Shown in pieces: positions 29,368 to 38,596 of a stretch of 45,878 bases of DNA; the stretch's first letter is position 1; each line of letters begins with the position of its first letter. The stretch lies in sequence record DRR378314_130; one strand, written 5' to 3'. A model generated the notes under the pieces. It saw only the letters and a list, made by a program, of their open reading frames with translations, did no database searches and was not told the origin of the DNA. Position numbers and translations under genes: made by a program.

Positions 29368-30279
29368 TCACTCCAAGATATGTGCCGTCTGGCGCCAGTT
29401 CGGTAAGCCAAACCCGTCGGGCCACGGATAGACCTCTTGCTGTCCAAAATAGACCACCGCAGCCAACTCGGGATATGCGTCGCCCATGGTGCGGATATCT
29501 GCGTTCCAGCGGGCGACATGTTCGGCATCACCGACAAAGCCCAGCTCGGCCACCATGACTGGTTTACCAAATTCAACCGCACGGTCATAGCGCGGGCCGA
29601 AGATCTCGGCAAAGCTCAGTGACTGGCCCAGGATTTCACCTTCCCATGGCTGATAGCTGAAGACCGACAGCCCGACCACATCGACAACATCGTCGCCCGG
29701 ATAATAGTCAGCCATGTTCTCCCGGCCCAGCGGCGACCACATGTACTTTGCGTCCGGCGCACTGCCACGGCAGACATCATTCATCCGCCGATATGCGGAG
29801 ATGTAGCGCTCCGGCTCCCAGCCCGCCCAGATGAACTGGCCGCTGTCATCGTCCATTTCCTGCGCCCAGCGGATCGTCATGGGAATGTCCAGGCTCCCGA
29901 GGGCGGTGCAGATGGCAGCCATCTTTTCGTCATAGGCACCAGACTCGATCCCATTGCGCAGCACGCTTGGTGAATTGCGCTCATCCCGCGACCAGGTCCA
30001 GGGCTCGATCGTCACCAGCAGAGTTCGGTCGCGCTCCTTTGCATAGGTCTCCGCTTCCTTGAGGCTTGGCAGCAAGACGTCCTCCCAGGGAAGAAACAGA
30101 TGCTCGATCGACACCCCGGCAAGGTCGGTGAAGTCGCCATTTGGATCGTAGACACCAAACGGCAGGCTTCCGGGCGGCACCGTCTGGGCCGCAGGTGCAC
30201 TGACCGTTGCAAGAACCAGCGTTGCCGCGACCCCAAGATTTCTGAAGGTCTGGCGTTTGAAGTCCGATAGGCGTTTCAT
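29368..30279 (-). CDS. Secreted glycoside hydrolase family 26 protein
   Basis: Signal peptide, LVTIEPW, IRWAQEM (acid/base), WSP, YYPGDDVVDVVGLS, KPVMVAELG (nucleophile). Confidence 0.85.
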   Translation of the reverse strand: MKRLSDFKRQTFRNLGVAATLVLATVSAPAAQTVPPGSLPFGVYDPNGDFTDLAGVSIEHLFLPWEDVLLPSLKEAETYAKERDRTLLVTIEPWTWSRDERNSPSVLRNGIESGAYDEKMAAICTALGSLDIPMTIRWAQEMDDDSGQFIWAGWEPERYISAYRRMNDVCRGSAPDAKYMWSPLGRENMADYYPGDDVVDVVGLSVFSYQPWEGEILGQSLSFAEIFGPRYDRAVEFGKPVMVAELGFVGDAEHVARWNADIRTMGDAYPELAAVVYFGQQEVYPWPDGFGLPNWRQTAHILE

Positions 30280-32123
30280 TTTCCCGTCCTTTGCGAAGTA
30301 AAAGAGTTAAGCAGCTGAATGTACCAGTCCGAGTCGTAGGTCATGATTGGAGCGTTGGCGGTGCTCCGCCCTGCCCCAGAGACCGGAAAATGCGGCCTGA
30401 AGATCTTGATCCCGCCCCCTGTGTCCGTAAGTGCAATCAGCGCCGCATTGCTGCGCTCGCCAAAGCCGAGAACGATGGACCCCGACAGCAGCAGCACGCA
30501 GCCGAACTGGATCGCGGTGCGCAGCGGCCAGGAGAAGAACCTGATCCCGTTTTCGCTGAGATGTTTGAGCACGATCACCAGAAACAGAACGGTATAGATC
30601 AGCGCGTTGATCAGCGCGAAAATGTAAAATCCGGCCGCCTGCGAGATCTCCTCGATCAACAGGACGGGCAGCAGCGACATCAGGGCCAGCGCCACATAGG
30701 GCAGCAGAACCGCCCATGGGAGCACGGACACCGCACCGCTGCCCTTTGGCGTGACCCGGAAGTCGACAAAGCCACCAAACAAACGGTCGCGCACGGCCAT
30801 CGCAATGCCCAGCAAGACCCAAGGCCATTGCGCAAAGGCAAAGGCCAGCTTCTCCCAGCCCAGAACCTTGGCGTCATACGGCCTGAAGAACCCATCCGAC
30901 CGTAAGCACCACACCAACGTCAGCAGCGCGATCGTCGAGGGCCAGACATGGCCGACAAAGGCGGGAAAGGTGACATCGACATAGCGCACGTCAAACAGCA
31001 GCGCGAGAATGGGAAAGACGAACATCAGCGCCATGAACCCGGCAAGAAGCGGATAGCAAAGCTGGCAAAACACGAACTGAATTCGATGCCGCACAGACAG
31101 GCGCATGAAATAGGACGGCGTGTACTGCAGGAAGATGGTCATCAGGCTGCGTGACCACTGAAACTCCTGAACAATCAGATCGAGAAAGGTTGCGGGACCG
31201 TCGCCAAGGGCGATCGCATCCATTGCGTGCATCCCCTTCCAGCCACCGGCATTCATCAGCATTGAGGTTGAATGGTCCTCTGCCAGCTCGGGGCCCAATC
31301 CACCAACCTCACGCAGCGCTTTCGTACGCACCGCATAATGAGATCCGATACACATCGGAGCCAGACCATTTGCATAGCCAGCCTGCACCACACCATGGAA
31401 AACAGCCTCGCTGTGCAGACGACTGCGCGCCGCCCAGCTTGTGCCGGAATTCTGCGAACAGATGCTTGGCGCGCTCACATACCCCACCTGCGGGTCGGCA
31501 AAGGCCCTCAGGATTTCGCGCAGGTAGTTGGGTTGCGGTACGTGATCCGCATCCAGCTGCGAGACAAAATCATAGCGGTCATATCCGTAACGATCATAGA
31601 AATACGCCAGATTGCCTTCCTTGCAGCGGGTGCGCCGTGGCCAGGTCTTGCGGTGATAGGCCTCGACCCCCTTACGGGTTGAAATCTGGACCCCGTTTTC
31701 TGCGCACCAGTCACGCGTCACCTGATCCGGATCCTCATCCGCAAGCCAGGTGTCATGTGGGACGTCCTGTGCCAGCATTGCGATCAGCGTGGTTCGGACA
31801 ATTTCAAACGGTTCCGACGGTGCCTTGGTCACCACCATGGCAACGCGGTGCGGCCCAAGGTCACCGACGCGCCCAGTGGCGTGATGCGCACGCATAAAGA
31901 AGAACAGCAGATAGGCCTGAACAAAGAACACCCAGAAGACACAGAGTGTCACAGGCCAGTAGAGGAACCATTGCGTGTAATGGACCGGCTGAAGCCACCA
32001 TTGCCAAAAGAAGACCGCGGCAGACAGCCACAGCAGCGACAGGATCAGATATTTGACCCGAAGCGCGCCCTTGAGGACAGGGGCCCGGTAGATCTGGCGC
32101 GAGAGGTCATGCAGATTCCGCAT
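30276..32123 (-). CDS. Cellulose-synthase-like GT2 polysaccharide synthase (ApsS-like)
   Basis: ADED, KEGNL, QLDADH, AEDH, QEFQW (QxxRW variant), flanking TM helices; no PilZ domain seen. Confidence 0.88.
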   Translation of the reverse strand: MRNLHDLSRQIYRAPVLKGALRVKYLILSLLWLSAAVFFWQWWLQPVHYTQWFLYWPVTLCVFWVFFVQAYLLFFFMRAHHATGRVGDLGPHRVAMVVTKAPSEPFEIVRTTLIAMLAQDVPHDTWLADEDPDQVTRDWCAENGVQISTRKGVEAYHRKTWPRRTRCKEGNLAYFYDRYGYDRYDFVSQLDADHVPQPNYLREILRAFADPQVGYVSAPSICSQNSGTSWAARSRLHSEAVFHGVVQAGYANGLAPMCIGSHYAVRTKALREVGGLGPELAEDHSTSMLMNAGGWKGMHAMDAIALGDGPATFLDLIVQEFQWSRSLMTIFLQYTPSYFMRLSVRHRIQFVFCQLCYPLLAGFMALMFVFPILALLFDVRYVDVTFPAFVGHVWPSTIALLTLVWCLRSDGFFRPYDAKVLGWEKLAFAFAQWPWVLLGIAMAVRDRLFGGFVDFRVTPKGSGAVSVLPWAVLLPYVALALMSLLPVLLIEEISQAAGFYIFALINALIYTVLFLVIVLKHLSENGIRFFSWPLRTAIQFGCVLLLSGSIVLGFGERSNAALIALTDTGGGIKIFRPHFPVSGAGRSTANAPIMTYDSDWYIQLLNSFTSQRTGK

Positions 32124-33111
32124 CTTTCACCTCCAACATCCCAAAGCTTCGGGCAGCATCTGTCACGATCGTATCGATGTCAGACCGTTGCGGATCAAAC
32201 CCGAGGGTCTGCCGGGCAAAGCTCGTGTCTGCGACCAGAACCGGCGGGTCCCCTGCGCGACGCTCCGCCATACGGGTTCTGACATGGCATTGGGTAATCC
32301 GCTCAACGGTCTGCACGATTTCAAGGTTCGACACGCCCCTTCCGCTTCCAAGGTTCACGGTCAGGTTGCCCTTGCGCGCCTCCAGATAGCCAAGGGCCTG
32401 AAGATGCCCCTGCACCAGATCGCTGACGTGGATGTAATCCCGGATGCAGGTACCATCAGGCGTGTCATAATCCGCCCCCAACAGAGTGAGCAGATCCCGC
32501 CGGCCCGCAGCCGTGAACAGCGTCAGCGGCACCAGATGTGTCTCGGGATCATGGTCTTCGGCAAGAGCCCCGCTTGCATCGGCCCCCGCCACATTGAAAT
32601 ATCGCAGTATGGCGAATGACATCCCGACCTGCTGCGCGACATCGCGCAGCATCCGCTCACAGATCAGCTTGCTTTCGCCATAGGGGTTGATCGGCCGTTG
32701 CGCCGCGGTCTCCCTCACTGGAATTGCATCGGGTATGCCATAAGTGGCGCAGCTGCTGGACAATACAAAGCGCTGCACCCCCGCGCCCTCGCAGGCCCGC
32801 AGCAGGGACAGCATCCCGCCGACATTGTTGTCGTAGTACTTCATCGGGTCGGACACCGACTCTCCGACATAGGCAGATGCGGCAAAATGCATGACGGTCG
32901 AAACCTCATGCGCAATCAGCGCGTCGGTCAGCTGCGCGGTGTCGCGCAAGTCGAGTTCGGCAAGCGGCCCCCAACGGATCGCAGAGCGGTTTCCCGTCGA
33001 AAGGTTGTCGACAACAAGCGGCACCCGCCCTTCACGCGCCAGCGCGTAACACGCGTGGCTGCCGATGTACCCGGCGCCGCCGGTGACACATATGTTGCCA
33101 AGGCTCGTCAT
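32107..33111 (-). CDS. galE: UDP-glucose 4-epimerase family protein (probable UDP-xylose 4-epimerase, Uxe-like)
   Basis: TGGAGYIGSH, HFAA.AYVGESV, SSSCATYG, YGESK, LRYFNVAGA, DGTCIRDYIHV. Confidence 0.88.
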   Translation of the reverse strand: MTSLGNICVTGGAGYIGSHACYALAREGRVPLVVDNLSTGNRSAIRWGPLAELDLRDTAQLTDALIAHEVSTVMHFAASAYVGESVSDPMKYYDNNVGGMLSLLRACEGAGVQRFVLSSSCATYGIPDAIPVRETAAQRPINPYGESKLICERMLRDVAQQVGMSFAILRYFNVAGADASGALAEDHDPETHLVPLTLFTAAGRRDLLTLLGADYDTPDGTCIRDYIHVSDLVQGHLQALGYLEARKGNLTVNLGSGRGVSNLEIVQTVERITQCHVRTRMAERRAGDPPVLVADTSFARQTLGFDPQRSDIDTIVTDAARSFGMLEVKDAESA

Positions 33112-34130
33112 TCCGCGACCAGAAGCCTGGTGGCCGGTCCGCCGAGATGGGCGGCAAAATAGGGCACTGTCTTTTTCAGACCCTCCGCAAGAGATACCTT
33201 TGGAGCCCAGTGCAGATCCGCCATCGCCTTTGAAATATCCGGACGGCGTTGTCTGGGATCATCGACAGGCAAATCAAGATATTCGATCGCGGATTTGGAC
33301 CCCAGCGTAGCAATGATGTGCCGCGCCACCTCGGTGATCGTGAACTCACCGGGATTGCCCAGGTTATAGGGGGTCACCTCCTCGTCATCAGCCGCCATGA
33401 GCGCCATCAGACCATCGACAAGATCGCTGATGAAGCAGAACGACCGCGTTTGAGAGCCATCGCCGTAAACGGTAACCGGAGTCCCGGAGAGCGCCTGCGT
33501 CACAAAGTTGGAAATCACCCGCCCGTCCGCCGGACACATACCCGGCCCATAGGTATTGAAAATACGGGCGACACGGGTCCTTGCGCCGCGTGAGTGGTGG
33601 AAATCGTAAAACAGCGTCTCGACCGCCCGCTTGCCCTCATCGTAGCAGGAGCGCGGCCCCATGGTATTTACGTTGCCACGATAGGCTTCAGCCTGCGGCG
33701 AAATTTCGGGGTCGCCATACACTTCGGATGTGGACGACTGCAAAATCGTTGCGTCGTGGCGCAAGGCCAGCTCCAGCAGATTGAGCGCCCCGAACACGTT
33801 CGTCTTGAAGGTATGGATCGGGTCGACCTGATACTTCTTCGGCGACGCCGCGCAGGCCAGATTGTAGATCTCATCCACCGGGCCAAGATCGGGCAAAGGG
33901 TCGATGATATCCTGAGAAATACAGGTGAAGTTGTGTTCATCCTGCAAATGCACGATATTGCACGCCCGCCCGGTCTGAAAATTATCGATACAGATGACAT
34001 CATGACCATCCTGAACAAGGCGCTGGCACAGATGCCCTCCAACAAACCCAGCTCCCCCCGCCACAACAATCCGGCGAAGATCCTGACCTGTCCGTCTGCG
34101 CATCAGGAACGGCGAGAAAGATACTGACAT
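33108..34130 (-). CDS. uxs: UDP-glucuronic acid decarboxylase (UDP-xylose synthase)
   Basis: GGAGFVG, YNLACAASP, STSEVYGDP, RSCYDEGKR, RIFNTYGP, DGRVISNF, DDPRQRRPDI. Confidence 0.92.
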   Translation of the reverse strand: MSVSFSPFLMRRRTGQDLRRIVVAGGAGFVGGHLCQRLVQDGHDVICIDNFQTGRACNIVHLQDEHNFTCISQDIIDPLPDLGPVDEIYNLACAASPKKYQVDPIHTFKTNVFGALNLLELALRHDATILQSSTSEVYGDPEISPQAEAYRGNVNTMGPRSCYDEGKRAVETLFYDFHHSRGARTRVARIFNTYGPGMCPADGRVISNFVTQALSGTPVTVYGDGSQTRSFCFISDLVDGLMALMAADDEEVTPYNLGNPGEFTITEVARHIIATLGSKSAIEYLDLPVDDPRQRRPDISKAMADLHWAPKVSLAEGLKKTVPYFAAHLGGPATRLLVAE

Positions 34131-34342
34131 TAGCACACCCCCAAGGTGGTCTCAGCAGCTCGTATTTGCGGATTTACGCAGGTGCATTCGAACGGAATAT
34201 AAGCAGACGATCGTCGCTTTCCTTCGCCGCTTTCAAGCTGCTAAAAATGATAAACTATCGAGGGTATCATCGTAAAATCAGAGCATTTTTCTGTGAAGCT
34301 AGCAAAAGGGTTACACCGTTCGGCTAGCCGGCCGCATGCTCT

Positions 34343-34843
34343 CTATCTCGGGTAGTCGAACTGGGCGATAACCTTCCAGATATTCAGGTTAATTGCAGTC
34401 AGTTCGGAGATCGCCGCCTCGATGTCCTCGGCCGCCGCATCGTTGAGCGGCGTGGACTGTCCAATCTTCAGCGTATCCTTGCGATCCGCGATCCGCATCA
34501 GGATCGTGTGCGGGTTTCCCCCGTCGGCGTCAAACGCGTAGATGCAGTGATTATACCTGTTTCGCAGCGCGGATTGTCGCTGGATCCGTCCGGTCAATGC
34601 CAGGATCGGCGCGCGCTCCGTGGCGGACACCTTGTCGAGCTTGGAAAGCCGCTCCACCAGGTCGATCCGGGCACGGGTGGTGTTCAAGGTCAGGAAAATC
34701 ACCGTGGCTGTTTCCTTGTCCACCTCAGCAAGCCCAGCGATCAAATGAATGAGCAGGCTTTCGGTGTTGGTCCATGCATAGTTCAGTTTCCCAACAAGCA
34801 ACAAGAACCCGTCAAAGTTGAGCTGCTTGTCGGTATCGCTCAT
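34343..34843 (-). CDS. Hypothetical protein (166 aa) coupled to the LuxR gene
   Basis: Coding-like ORF (GKLNYAWTNTESLLIHL, FLTLNTTRARIDLVERL, RNRYNHC); 4-bp overlap with luxR stop. Confidence 0.8.
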   Translation of the reverse strand: MSDTDKQLNFDGFLLLVGKLNYAWTNTESLLIHLIAGLAEVDKETATVIFLTLNTTRARIDLVERLSKLDKVSATERAPILALTGRIQRQSALRNRYNHCIYAFDADGGNPHTILMRIADRKDTLKIGQSTPLNDAAAEDIEAAISELTAINLNIWKVIAQFDYPR

Positions 34844-35630
34844 TGAATCAGATGTTCTGAGCCGTGATTTTCCAGGAACCAGACTGCGGCTTCTGTCCGG
34901 TTGTTCACCCCAAGTTTGGCAATCACGTGATGGATATGCAGCTTGACCGTATGTTCGGACAGACCTAACCGATTGGCGATAAGCTTGTTCTGCTTGCCCT
35001 CGGCGACGCAGGACAGAACCTGAGCCTCTCGCGTGGTCAATCGGATGCTGACGGTTTTTGATGCCCGTTCATCCTTTGCCGCTTTTTGAGCGACACGCAC
35101 AGCCTCGCAGGTTTTTTCCGGTTTCTCTGATGTTGACGCCGTGTCATCGCCTTGAAAAAAAATGTCGTGCAACTCATCCGGCACGAAATTTTCTCCACAA
35201 ACCAATAAACGGAGCAAGGTCAGCCAACGATCCAGATCACGGTTCATCGGAAGAAACGCAACCCCTCTACGAGGGTGCAATGCACGCATTTGGGACAGGA
35301 AAGATCTCGCCAGCTCCGGTTGCCTATAGGCAAAAGCAATTGTTGCCTATAGGCAAAAGCAATTGTGGCGTTTGGAAACTCCTGTTGAAGCCGCCCCATC
35401 TCATCAACAAGAGTTTTTCCCATGGATTGATTCAAAATCACTGAACGCACACGATCAGGTCGACTCAGATTCAAAGATACCAATTCATCAATTGTTTCAA
35501 GACGCTCAAACCTTACGGAGCTAAAGCTAACTGCTGCAAGATCGATCGCAGCTGTGGAAAAATCATGTGAATTCCCTACGAAATAGCATGCAATTCCACT
35601 GAATTCATTTACACATTCTTTACTCGTCAT
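34840..35630 (-). pseudogene. LuxR-HTH regulator with atypical receiver-like N-terminus, frameshifted by a 23-bp tandem duplication
   Basis: ORFs 35244..35672 and 34840..35289 join in frame when one 23-bp copy is removed (about 255 aa, ...FPNATIAFAYRQPELARSFLSQM...). C-terminal LTTREAQVL...GKQNKLIANRLGLSEHTVKLHIHHVIAKLGVNNRT. Confidence 0.88.
35319..35364. repeat. Perfect 23-bp tandem duplication GTTGCCTATAGGCAAAAGCAATT x2
   Basis: Read directly at 35319-35341 and 35342-35364; each copy contains the 14-bp palindrome TTGCCTATAGGCAA. Confidence 0.97.
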
Positions 35631-35767
35631 GTCGCATTCCACCTGGATGTCACATATCGTGACTACTCGCAAACAACTTTGCTATAAATAACCGCCACAT
35701 TCACTTGGCCAGCTACTTAGCGCTCGGGTTGGGTACACAGTTATTTTAAAGAAATTAGGAAGTCATC

Positions 35768-35797
35768 TTGAACACGGCACCCCCGAATCGTGTTCAA
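35768..35797. promoter_or_regulatory. Inverted repeat upstream of luxR, possible operator
   Basis: TTGAACACG-N12-CGTGTTCAA. Confidence 0.4.
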
Positions 35798-36447
35798 TCT
35801 CCACTTTGATATGACCTCACAAAATTATCACAATTTAGATCTAGTGTCTGTATTTTTTCGGCGCAGATCCGCTCATCGCGCGATTTGAGCCCCAGTCAAT
35901 CTGTTAATTGCCTGAATTTAAATTTAAAAATTCAACATATCACAGCTGAGCTAGGAACAATCTATCCGGGGCAGATCAAACGAGATACACCTCCAGAACC
36001 CGGAGCCAAATCAACATGCTCTCGATGTCGAAAATCGCCCTATACTACTGATTTCATTTACCATCCCAGAAATCACTGCACACGTTTCCTGACCCAGGAT
36101 CAGCCAAACGGCTAAGGGCAAGACAAGCCATATAGCCCCACACAACCTCTGCATACATCATTCATAGATTCACATCGCATTTAAGTTGTGCTGCCTCCTC
36201 GATTCGAGAGGCCAAATATTGATACGTGCCTTCAACGCCCGAGAGCGATCTGTTGGTACATGCGGCACAGATTACCACGGAAGCAAATGGCCAGGTCTCT
36301 CAATAGATTCGTCGGGATGACTTAGATCAACCATTTCTCTGCATATCATCGCATAGGCATCCTAATCGAATTATCTAGATAGAGGCCAAGCACCAATACC
36401 GGTACATGTGTCAACTCCCGCAAAGCAATAGCAAAAAAACACATTAA

Positions 36448-36463
36448 TTAACAAGTAGTTAAC
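36448..36463 (+). promoter_or_regulatory. CtrA-type binding site
   Basis: TTAA-CAAGTAG-TTAAC, exact TTAA-N7-TTAAC consensus. Confidence 0.6.
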
Positions 36464-36814
36464 GCCGGAATTTAAGAGCTAGATCCTATGGGCGGGTAGT
36501 TTTGATCTCATGATTTCGCGATGCTCATCCTGTCTCGGTTCGAGGCAAACTTTATTTTCACCACACGTGAACTTAAGGGCTCAAAGTGAGGCGGACTTAC
36601 ATTCCTCACCCGGCCCGCATCTATCGTTTTTCAAAGTTCATATAAGAGAGAGGGGGGCAAATCTAAAAACTTCAATATACCTGTGGCGTACCGCTGGAAG
36701 AGCATAAATCTCGGCCACGGCAACGCATCTTCATGACAACTCATCAATCGCACAACCTGATGATCGCTTTTGAAATGAGCGGCGATCCGGGGAATGCTTT
36801 ACCGGAGAAATACA

Positions 36815-38548
36815 ATGTCAAATAAAACACCATTCCTTTTCGGCAACTGGGGCGACACTCAGGACCAGGATCAAGACCAGGATCAAGGTCAGGGCCAAGG
36901 GCAGGCACAAGCTGAGCTCCAGGCCCAACTGCAAGCCCAGGGGCAACATTCTGATCAGGACCAGGATCAGGGTCAGGGCCAGTATCAGGCCAGTGAAAGC
37001 TGGAACGGCAATCTGAATGGCAATGGCAATGGCAACCTGAACGGTAACGGAAACGGCAATGCGAACGGCAACCACAACGGGAATGCCAATGGCAACGCCA
37101 ACGGGAACGCAAATGGGAATGCCAACGGCAACGCCAATGCCAACCTGAACGCCAATGGCAACCACAACAGCAACAGCAACACCAGCGACACAACCGTTGA
37201 CGTGGATGTTGATGTCGACCTTGGTGGCTATGAGCCAACCGACGATGACTTTGCCGATATCGATCTGGAACATTCCAATGCCGGTGATTTCATCATGGCG
37301 CATGGCAACATCGACTATAATCCTGGCAATGACCTGGATCTGGACAACATGTTGAATGACGCCCTGAACGGCGCCGGCAATGATGCCGGAACGATCAATG
37401 CGCAGTCCAACAACCTTCAGGACAATGACCACCTGAGCAATGTGTCCAACGACGGCAGCATGACTCAGACCAACAACTCCACTGGTGGCTCGGCCACATC
37501 CGATGACGGCATCGATGCCGGCGCGGCAGGTGGAATTGGCGGCGGTCATGCGACAGCGAACGGTGCCGGTGCTCTTGGCGGCCTCGGTATCGGCGGTGCA
37601 GCCGGCGCAACCGGCGGTGCCAGCGGTACGGCAGGCGACGGTGCGGCCCAGGGCGGCACTGGTGCAATGGGCGGTAGCGCAGCTGCGATCGGCCTCGGTG
37701 TCGGTATCGGTGGTGCTGGGTCTGATGCAGATGCCACCAGTGACGATGGTGGGGATGCAGCCTCCGTTGGGGCTGGTCTGGGTCTTGGTCTCGGCGTTGC
37801 CGGATCAAATGCCGAAGGCGGTAACTCCGGGGATGCCGGTGGCGCTGGTGTAGGGATCGGTGCAGCAGGTGCCGGTGCAGACAGCAGCGACGGTGGTGAC
37901 GCGGGCGCAGTTGGCGCTGGTCTGGGCCTGCTTGGCCTTGGTCTGGCCGGAGCTGACGGTGGCAACACCGGAGATTCCGACGCAGACGCGCTTGGTGCCG
38001 GTCTCGGTGCCGGATCCGGCCAGAGCGGTGACGGTGGCGACGCCGGATCACTGGCTGCTGCCGCGGGCGATGGTGCTGGCTACGGTGCGGGCGGAAACGC
38101 CAACGGTGGTGATGGTGGCGATGCCGATGCATGGTCTGCCGCGCTGAGCAACGCTCAGGGCAATGGCGGTATCAACCTTGCCGGCGCCGGTGATGGTGGT
38201 GACGGCTACGGCGGTCATGCCTGGGGCGGCGACAGCGGTGATGCCTTCGGTGGCCAGGCAGTTGTCGGTGGCGTCCAGGCTGGCGGCGGTGCCGGTGGCC
38301 ATGGTGGCAACGCGACAACCGGTGCCGGTGGCGCTGGTGGCGATGCCGGAATGTGGGGATCGAACAATGGTGACGATGGTTTCGTGACCGGCGAGTCTTT
38401 CGCTTCGGCGGCGGCGCAGATCGACACCACGGCGTTCAACCAGAGCATCGTGATGGGTGCCAACGTGCTTGGCAATACCGTTGACATGACCGTGGTCGGC
38501 GGGGGCTTCAGCTCCAGCTACATCGGCGACGATGGCGACGGCGCATAA
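36815..38548 (+). CDS. Gln/Asn/Gly-rich low-complexity acidic protein (PE-PGRS-like composition), probable T1SS substrate
   Basis: RBS GGAG; QDQDQDQGQGQ tract, NGNANG repeats, DGGDA/GLGLG repeats, C-terminal FNQSIVMGANVLGNTVDMTVVGG; no Sec signal; upstream of T1SS genes. Confidence 0.85.
   Translation: MSNKTPFLFGNWGDTQDQDQDQDQGQGQGQAQAELQAQLQAQGQHSDQDQDQGQGQYQASESWNGNLNGNGNGNLNGNGNGNANGNHNGNANGNANGNANGNANGNANANLNANGNHNSNSNTSDTTVDVDVDVDLGGYEPTDDDFADIDLEHSNAGDFIMAHGNIDYNPGNDLDLDNMLNDALNGAGNDAGTINAQSNNLQDNDHLSNVSNDGSMTQTNNSTGGSATSDDGIDAGAAGGIGGGHATANGAGALGGLGIGGAAGATGGASGTAGDGAAQGGTGAMGGSAAAIGLGVGIGGAGSDADATSDDGGDAASVGAGLGLGLGVAGSNAEGGNSGDAGGAGVGIGAAGAGADSSDGGDAGAVGAGLGLLGLGLAGADGGNTGDSDADALGAGLGAGSGQSGDGGDAGSLAAAAGDGAGYGAGGNANGGDGGDADAWSAALSNAQGNGGINLAGAGDGGDGYGGHAWGGDSGDAFGGQAVVGGVQAGGGAGGHGGNATTGAGGAGGDAGMWGSNNGDDGFVTGESFASAAAQIDTTAFNQSIVMGANVLGNTVDMTVVGGGFSSSYIGDDGDGA
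36857..37185 (+). repeat. Coding tandem repeats: (CAGGAY/CAGGGN)n and (AAYGGN/AAYGCN)n
   Basis: Imperfect 6/12-bp repeats encoding QD/QG and NG/NA dipeptides. Confidence 0.85.
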
Positions 38549-38563
38549 GTCGAACACAACATT

Positions 38564-38596
38564 GATCGGGCCCGTTCTTCGGGCCCGATCTTTCTT
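38564..38596 (+). terminator. Intrinsic terminator/stabilising hairpin after the Gly-rich gene
   Basis: GATCGGGCCCG-ttctt-CGGGCCCGATC-TTTCTT. Confidence 0.75.

Noticed and set aside
35319-35364. Palindromic direct repeat as a mini-CRISPR or IS target duplication
   Set aside because: Only two abutting copies, no spacer, no cas or transposase; fully explained as an intragenic duplication
35885-36707. Short ORFs (76 aa, 65 aa) in the AT-rich region
   Set aside because: Atypical composition, no RBS or motifs; more likely regulatory DNA
36857-37185. Short tandem repeats as a non-coding array
   Set aside because: Variation falls at third codon positions, showing selection on the QD/QG and NG/NA peptide
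36815-38548. Calling the Gly-rich protein an RTX toxin or a true PE-PGRS protein
   Set aside because: Only degenerate GGxGxD matches without the canonical hydrophobic position; no PE domain or toxin domain visible
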